64,000 nucleotides of DNA from Macrostomum lignano (taxonomy: Eukaryota). A program made the position numbers and the translations under genes. The stretch spans positions 156,254-220,253 of the forward strand of contig NIVC01001965.1 in the NCBI GenBank assembly GCA_002269645.1, read 5' to 3'. Within the stretch, counting starts at the first letter, position 1, and each line of letters opens with the position of its first letter. Positions 55,771 through 64,000 of this stretch are shown one piece after another. The notes under the pieces are model-generated. The model was not told where the DNA came from and did no database searches. It saw only the letters and a list, made by a program, of their open reading frames with translations.

Positions 55771-57052
55771 TGATTTCTTTTTGCATTGCACTTCATTTGA
55801 GTAGTTTGTCTGTTTTCTTTGTGAAAGCTTTATTTGGCTATTTTCTTATTACTTGTAGAGAACAGAGATTCTATACAGATGTCCCCCAACAGGGGGCAAA
55901 GATTGCTAGTCTATTATTCTAAATATGTCTATATATAGGTTATAACTTATACAATTGATATACTAATTATTACAAGCTAATTTCATATTTTTAAGGCAGT
56001 GCAAATAGAGATTAAAGGGTAAAGTAGAAAGCAACACTGCACATACTTTTTTAATTCCAAGGTATAATTTAAAAAATTCAGGGTGTAACTATATAGTATA
56101 TACTTAGATCATCTATTGCAATTTTGGAATTTTCTGATGCTGTGTTGCAGCTAGAGTTAAGGCAGGTAATATTTCAGTGCGCCAGTGCAATGCAATTTTG
56201 GGTAAACAACAGCACAAGTAGGCCTAACTGATTATCTTATTAAAAAGGCTAAATGCCTTGTCATCAATTAGTAGGGCCTACTACACTTGTATTTGCTGCG
56301 AAAGTTAACATGTTCTATGTTGTGTCATGTTTTTGAGCTATAATTTTAGACCCCATGTTGTGTGACTCATGACTGCAGGTTTTATACACACTAGGCTTGC
56401 TAAACAATATACAAGGAAGTACAAGCTTTTAATTTATATTAAATTAAAATCAGCTTGGCATCAAAGTGAAGTGAAACATCAAATTTAGGCTTTAGAACTT
56501 TAGTTAGCACGCCTAGGCTTTGCTTTCACTAAAAAATAAATCTGAGACTGGGAGGTAAGCCTATCCGCCTAGCTAGGCCTAAGTCAAAAAACCATTCAAA
56601 TCTCTTTTTGTTTTTGGTTGGATTCTTAAAATTGCTGTAGCCATAGCCTAGAACAAGCCTATACGGCTATACTTTAAAACAGGAATCTAATAATATAATA
56701 ATGAATAACTTAAAGAAGAGTATAAAAATGACATAGGCATAGGCTTAATCATTAATCAAGCGCTAACAATCAGAATCAGCCGGTGGCCTCAGGAATGACC
56801 CAGGAATGATTTTACAAAATTCACGGAAAAGTAAGCTGAGTATAAAAACAATATGTTCCTCGGTTCTTTCTAATTTTTGAAAGGCATTTCTTTTTATCAA
56901 CATTTATTTGCAACCAAAAATATATTTACTTTTTTGTTTATTATGAGCCTTTGCTATATTGTGTTTTAAAAAGTAAACTTTTTAATATTTTAAAAGAAGC
57001 AAGCAATCTGAGTTAAATAAATAATTTTATTTTTTTAACTTGAACCTGAGAG

Positions 57053-57319
57053 TGGGCCTTTTCATATTGCTTGTTTTGGTTCCAGAACCAGAACCAATTT
57101 GTGAAGTATAACTTTTTGTCTCCAAAACTAGAGGGAGATACGTGCTATAAAGTTTTTATTATTGAATGAATGACAATCGCCAAGAAGAAAGTGAAAAATC
57201 GTGCAAAGTGAGGCTGTTATGGCAGTCAAATATTAACAGAGTTTAATAGTTACACTGCTGTTTTTCTTGGAATTCCGAACCGATTCTGGTTCTGGAATTG
57301 GTAATATGAAAAAGCCCAG
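57053..57319. mobile_element. About 270-bp MITE
   Basis: tgggccttttcatattgc...ttccagaaccagaacc versus gattctggttctggaa...gtaatatgaaaaagccca inverted repeats. Confidence 0.6.
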
Positions 57320-58250
57320 TGAGGTCCGCGCCGGCATGTAACACTTATCATCATCTTTATCAATACTAAATTACTAGGATTACTATCATAATCATACTAT
57401 CATAATTAGTGGCAGTCTGACGGATTCAAAGGGTGGGTCAATGGCCAAGTTTGGTCAAGGACCAAAAATTACTATATCCTGAGCTGAAGCTAATGTTACC
57501 ATTAAGAATCTTAGCCTAGGCGGCCTATCCCCTATCATTTTATTTAAGATTTATCATTTAAATCTTAAGTCTCAAATATATAATCATTTTTATAAATGAA
57601 AGTAATAGAACACAATGATAACTGCTCAGTATAAATTACTAGGCTATAATATTATAGGGCCTAGAGGTAGAGCTAGCTGCTAAGCTGCTAGGCTAAGACT
57701 AGGATTGCCTATCCTATGACCTACACTAGAGCTACGCTACGCCTACACCTAGGCCTTACATTGCTTACAAACAAGTAAATTATTATTAAAACTGACTATG
57801 GCAATTCATAATTTTTACGTTCTATTATGGCCTAAGGCCAGTGAGAGATCCTAGGCCCTAGTAGTTTTGGCTAAAAGTCATTAAAGTCTAATTAGAACAA
57901 GAAGTTGCAATATTACAATAAATACAAATCACAATGTTTTTTTATTTACTTAAGACTAAGTGCCTATACCAAATTTATCTCTTTAGGCCCCTAATTTGTT
58001 CGGTTTTTAAAGAGTTAAGTTAGTCAATTTAACAGTGTTAGTATATAATCAAAATATTTTGGGGGAACTTCTAATATCCATATAATATGATATTGATTTT
58101 AGTTTAAACATTCTTATATAATATATTTCAACTTTTAGCTTAAAATGCAATTAGACAATATTACTAGGCCTATTACTTATTATAAATGAGAAATAAAAAT
58201 TGTCAAAGCTATATGTATATATCCTAGGCTAGATATATTGACTATTTTAA

Positions 58251-60726
58251 TGGGTGTAAGACCAAGATGACCACATACCAAGATGGCCACAGCTGGGGTG
58301 GGGGTCACGGAAAATGACAGCTGGTTTACTATTAGATAGCTTCGGGTGGGGAGATGTGGGATTGCAATGGGGGGGTTTAGATAGGCAGTCAAAATTTTAT
58401 TAGCATATTGCAGGGCTAAAGACAAAATGGTTACGAGTCTTAATTTCCCACTTATAGTAGGGCCCAAAGAGGTATAAACATATTTTGCATTAAACAAATC
58501 TCTTCATATAAAATCTGACAAGAGTGCACTGACCTACGAGGTGCGAACAAACATGAGAAATCAAACTGAAATGTGCTAATTTTAATAGTCCCAGACTTCC
58601 ATTGTTCCTATAAAATTTTAAACAGCGGGACAGGACCTCCTGTGGGGCAGACCCATAGAAATTTTTCCAGTTTCCAAGATAATATTGACTTATAGGGAAT
58701 AAACATATACCGTACAAGCTCAAATTTGACCTCAAATTTCGAGCTCAAATCCTAAACATTTAAACATCGCCACATGAGCACGGGTCACAACATAGTTTGA
58801 ATATAATAGAAAGTGCATGTAAATAAGCAAAAAGCGATATCCAACGGGGCAACATGAGCAAACTTTCAATATGCTAATTGGGAGGGGATTAAGCAATCAC
58901 GGGCTGACTACCATTCTGCCACTCAGCAAGGGTCGAACGGGAGACTAACTCCTAATAAATAAATTTTCTCAGTCCTATAATCTTTAATGGCATGACACGG
59001 CCTTCACACATGGGGGCTCCAAGGCCTCCACACTCCTTTCAGTGATTTTTTTAGAATAGTCTTAGGCTCTTAGCAAAGACAGCGCACTGCCCCCATCCAC
59101 CAGAAGGTGGGTGGGCACATTATTGATTAGATATTCTACAACAATATCTCTCCCGTGTTGCCTTCTAGCTGGCCTCAGCTGGTACAATTTGGGCACTTTT
59201 TCAAACATAGGCTTCTTTCCTATGTTTGCTATCTATCTTTCCTATCTTTCCTTCTTTCCTAAGGGGAGAAAGTGGAAACCAGAGATAAATGAGAAGAGAG
59301 AGCAAAGATGAAAGAGAAAAGAGGTGAGGGAAGATTGACGAAAGAAGATGGGAGAAAGGAGATAGGAAAGAAGAGAAGAGAAGAGAGAGAGGAAACAAAA
59401 GAGAAGATAGAAGTTTCAAAGGATCCGAGGGACATAGAGAGAGACAGCAGGCCAGATATTTTGCCAATACATGTTTTCAAAAGACAAGTTTTTGTTTGAG
59501 TATGACTTCAGATTTTAGAACTAGATATAAGCTGAGCTGAGAGAGAAGATGAAAGCAGAGGCTGAGAGTAAAGAGAGGCTGAGAGCAGAGAGGGGCTGAG
59601 AGCAGAAAGGGGCTGAGAGTAGAGAGGGGCTGGGGATAGAGGTTGAGAGTGGATAGAGGTTGAGAGTAGATAGAGGCTGAGAGTAGAGAGGCTAGTTCAT
59701 GTTGTTCTCAATCCCATTCCACTATAAATGTAGTTTTTATCTAATGTGACTAAGCCAGGTGCTTTTAGTGCAGGGGTTGGCAAACTTTTTACCTCAATTA
59801 AGAACCCAGCTCATGACTGCCCTTCTAGTCCACTTTGTTGGCCCCCAAAGCAAAGCAAGGAGTCCTGATGACAGAGCGGGCCAGATGTGAGGAGAGAGGG
59901 TAAGGAATAGAGAAGAAAAATACAAGCATAGGATAAAAAAGAGGCAAAGGAATAAAGGAGAAGAGAGTTGATGAGAGAAAAGATTAAATATGAGTGGAGA
60001 GAGGAGAAGGGAGATTAATGGAGAGGAGAAAGGAGGAAAGGGAGAAGAGAATGAAGAGGAAAAGGAAGATGAGAGCAAAGAGGTGAGGAGAGGAGAGAGG
60101 AGAGGGCAGAGATGAGAGAGAAAAGATGAGAGGAGAGGGCAGACATGAGAGAGAAAAGATGAGAGAAGAGGGCAGACATGAGAGAGAATAGATGAGAGAG
60201 AGAGAGGGCAAGAGATGAGAGGAGAGGGCAGAGATGAAAGAGAAAAAGATGATATAGGAGAGGGCAGAGATGAGAGAAAGAAAAGATTAGAGACGAGAGG
60301 GCAGAGATGACAGAGAAAAGATAAGAGATGAGAGACAAGAGGGCACTCCAATTTTAGCTTACTTCTATCATAACTAATACCTTTACCTTCTACCTTTAAC
60401 TTTTAACATATACAAACAACACGTCAGTTTTAGTATATTGAGATAGGTTTGAAACTATTATCCATGATACAAAAATCAAATGTCTTGTGCTAGTAGTGCT
60501 ACTAGCTTAAGTAGGTAGTAATACCTGCTGTAAAGGGAAGTGTTTTTTGTTTTACTTAGTCTAATTTCACTAACAAAATCTGTTTTCTCCGAGACTTGAA
60601 GCTATGTCATACCCCACCCCAATCACAGCCAATAAGAAATATGGAAATATATAGACCTACTCCTATCCAAGCAGCCATTCAGAGCTGTGGCCATCTTGGT
60701 GTGTGGCCGTCTTGGTCATGCACCTT
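58251..60726. mobile_element. About 2.5-kb non-autonomous TIR element flanked by TTAA (Kolobok/piggyBac-like)
   Basis: Inverted ends gaccaagatgaccacataccaagatggccacagct / agctgtggccatcttggtgtgtggccgtcttggtc. TTAA at 58247-58250 and 60727-60730. The interior has GA-rich low-complexity DNA and a hAT-like CAGGGGTTGGCAAAC end at 59771. Confidence 0.5.
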
Positions 60727-60949
60727 TTAATGATATTAACCTATAGCAAACAACTTCCAAAGCTAAGATTTTGTAGGTCCTTGACTTTAAAATTTGCCCA
60801 TAGGGCATAGTTATTAAAAGTTATAATGCACTGTTTTAGATGCTTGGCTTACTTTAGGAATCAATCAAACAACTATGACATGATATAGTCACTATATAAC
60901 TTTCATCAGTATCACTAGGTTTCTAAGGTCCACAAATGCTATTTGTAAA

Positions 60950-62060
60950 TCAGCAATCATCTGAATTGGAAATTTAAGGCCAATTTGTTGCCAAAGCAAC
61001 TGACCACAATAAGTCTAAAGTAGTACAATGTAATAATGTATAGCAAGCATTGTAATAAAAATATCAATGCCAAAGCATCAACATCAACATGTTGCATTAG
61101 TAATTTGCAGCTATTGCCATTAAAATTGCCTGCCATGAATTGTCTCTTTGGCAATATGATAACAATGCAGCTATCTTTTATATTCTTGCTATGCTAATAG
61201 CCTTTCACAGTAAATAATGTTTACTACCCTAATTAGCAAGTGCAATTTGGGCAAGGGTACAATTTCTAGCACCAGTGTTTATGATAGGAAATTTTCTAGT
61301 AGACAAGGATATACCATGTTTTCAAAGTTCTTAGTAGTTTCAAGATGGGAGCTAGAAGCCTAGTAGTTTGTATGGCTATTTTATAAAAAGCTTTAGGATG
61401 CTATCTGTGTCCTTTTGCAGTAGCTTATTCTTATAAGCATTGCAACAGCAGTAGGGATAAGTGGTGGTATAAGCTTTGAGGCTTAGTAGCATGTATAATT
61501 TTAAGCTGCTAGTTATAATGGCTATCTTTTAAGACTACTCAGCCAATCTACCCTCTATAGCAACTTCATGTTCCAGTAGCTTTCTTGCATGATTGGTATA
61601 ATGGCTTTAATAAGTATTCCTTTAATACCAAAATGCTTTAGCCAACTGTTGTAGGAGCTGCTACTATAGACTGTCTACCTACTAAGGCTCAATAAAGTCA
61701 ATATACTAGTTGGAATCAAACATAGACCTTCTTGAATCACTATCATTGCTAACCTTGATCATGCAGGTTGATAAGTTTAGTTTTTATTCCATAATCCAAT
61801 AAAAAACAAGCTGAATATGCAAATAGAAAACATAGCCAGATAGGATAATTTTGGTCATAATTCCTTGCTGCATATTGACAAAATCTAACTGCTATAGTTC
61901 AAAAAGCTTTCAAGCTAGTAGTGAATTTTAGATAGCATTTGTTGGAAAATGCAACTCAATAGAATCTGATATTATTCTAATATAGTAAGCCTGCTTCTGC
62001 ATAATATATGTCAGGCATGAATCTTAAGGTATATAAAAGAGCAGGGGTCAAATAAAACTT
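60950..62060 (-). pseudogene. Heavily decayed non-LTR reverse transcriptase fragment
   Basis: The minus strand shows RT motifs in the expected order: (I)TCLT-like CLTYIMQK, YIDF...FGIKGILIKAII, PQS...LSLLL, HVDVDALALI (YADD-like), NKLALN. Many in-frame TAG/TAA codons. Confidence 0.5.
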
Positions 62061-63804
62061 AGTAAAGAAGTATAGTTAGGATCAGCAATGAAAATACCAT
62101 GGAGTTAATTAAATTGTTGGCAGAACTTGTATAATACTATTATTTTGCACAGACTGATTTGTATCTTTGTTAGGCCTCCTAAAGCCAAGTATAATTTCTA
62201 GCACCTTAAGGACATTTTGTATAGTGTAGAAGGTAGTAAAGCTTAGATTTTGTCTTAGGTACCTGATCTAACAATCAATAAATAAGCTTGTACAAAAAGG
62301 CAAATGGCTTCTTTGGTGATGTGACATGGAAAAAAAAAGGAAGTGAAAAGAAAATGTTTAAAATTTCTTTAACTTCACTAAGAATTAACATTTTTCTTTT
62401 AGAATAAACCTAAAGACAATGTAGACAAAAGTATGAGGGTCACCTTTTAGAAAATCATGGAAAAAGTCTAGAGGAAAAAAGAAAGGCATTGTGACATTTC
62501 CTAGCTCAAGAAATGGACAATTGTCCTTCATACTAGCACTTTTATCAATATGCCAAATATCTCCTTTTTGTAATAATTATTACAATAATGATGCATAATT
62601 ACTATGCATCATTATTAGTATAATGCATGCATAGCTTGAAGAAAATTTGCTACCAATTTCAAACAGGGTATTAATAGACAGTTTGTCACCTATATAAAAA
62701 CAAGCAATAACAAGAATCCTGTCCCTGTACTGTAAGATCCATTTTTATTAAAACTTCCAACACTATTTTCATATAGATAATTTAACTCTTGCATTAGGGA
62801 AGCATATGATTCATCTAATTTAATGCCAGTTGGATTGTTGTGAGTAACTTTATAAATTTGCTGTTACTATAAGCTTGTAATTTATTAAATACTATACTAT
62901 GTGAGTTGCAATAAAATATGAGGCTATAATGTTTAATTACTATATACAGATACCAATTGCTAATTGCTCATTTGTTTGTCTTTAAAGTCTTTATTCTCTT
63001 CAGAGAATTGGATAAAATCAAAATTTTAATTTTTTTTTTTGGCCACCAGCTGGCTATGTCCACTTTTGTCTACCATGGGGCCACTTTTGAATTACAGTGT
63101 ACCTAGCAATTGCAAAAAAATTGATAAATGAATTTTGTGAAATCCAATAGTGCACTGCACATGTTTTATTATGAAGCACTGACCTATTGTTCCATTAGTT
63201 ATAAAAGTTACTTTTTAGAATAATAAATGGATTTTAGTTATATTTGCAATATTTTTAGTTTACTTCTAATTACTCACTTAGTTTTTTCTACAGATTTTCT
63301 ACTAGGTTTTTTCACACTTGTGTGTTCCTCCATTGACAAGACAAATGTTACATATTGTCAACTTACCTTTCTTTAAAAGCTATTATTCCTAATTTAGATT
63401 ATTTGCACACTAAAATTACAAAAATAGTTATACTACTAATAGTAGTACTATGGACATACTTGATATATTTGCTGCAAAAGACAGAAAAGATAGCAAAAAT
63501 ATAATTTACAAAAATTATAGAGTAACAGAACAATGTTTTGTAAAATTACATTTTTTCATATTTAACCAGAATTTGCCTATAAAAATTACTTTTTTTTATT
63601 TGCCAAACACTGCTTTTCACCCTCTAAGTTTAGAGGTTAGAATGTAAAACTAGAAAAACTATCATAATTTGCTTTTAGTAGCAATGCTTAGAAGTTGTGA
63701 AATTTCAGTTTAAAACCCTTGGTGCTGACTAAATGTTTGAAAAGATCATTTTTAGGATCAGGTTAGATAAGATTCCTACTTTTGGGATTTGGGATTATTG
63801 GGAG

Positions 63805-63978
63805 CATGCTTGGGAGCAACCTAGGGATTCACCCGGCCGTTTCTATTGGCAACACAGACATGTAAGTCGCTATTGGACAGAATAGTAGTCACGTGACTGC
63901 TCTCAACCAATAGCGACTTACATGTGTGTGTGTTGCCAATAGAAACGGCCGGGTGAATCCCTAGGTTGCGCATGTATG
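63805..63978. mobile_element. Palindromic hAT MITE, same terminus family as 51977-52502
   Basis: About 60-bp near-perfect arms. The right end GGTTGCGCATGTATG is the reverse complement of CATACATGCGCAACC. 8-bp TSD ATTGGGAG at 63797-63804 and 63979-63986. Confidence 0.85.
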
Positions 63979-64000
63979 ATTGGGAGTTCGATGAAGATCC

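Noticed and set aside
58180-58497. Possible mitochondrial (ND2-like) NUMT ORF
   Set aside because: The hydrophobic look comes from AT-rich composition. No recognisable motif, and it overlaps a TE terminus.

Overview
Eukaryotic (animal) genomic DNA with GT-AG spliced genes, extremely rich in tandem repeats (roughly 30% of the window by my hand tally). The GC-rich exons, satellite-filled introns and gene content suggest a free-living flatworm such as Macrostomum, which is an inference only. Six spliced genes can be assembled with consistent intron phases: a divergent claudin/PMP22-like tetraspan (+, 511-5767), a D2-like dopamine receptor (-, 23980-11025), OPA3 (-, 35130-31881), a candidate novel amidated neuropeptide precursor (+, 36714-37113), proteasome alpha subunit PSMA3 (-, 44571-43255) and TM9SF4-like (-, 51145-48341). 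Introns and intergenic DNA carry more than 20 different micro/minisatellites, several MITE families (hAT with 8-bp TSDs, a MULE/foldback with a 9-bp TSD and a nested element, Tc1-like, TTAA-flanked), a tRNA-derived SINE head, a Helitron-like element and degraded LINE fragments. The right end (about 51.2-63.8 kb) is an eroded TE graveyard with near-total CpG loss and apparent TpA gain. Most long ORFs in the supplied track are artefacts of tandem repeats. No prokaryotic system or CRISPR array is present.
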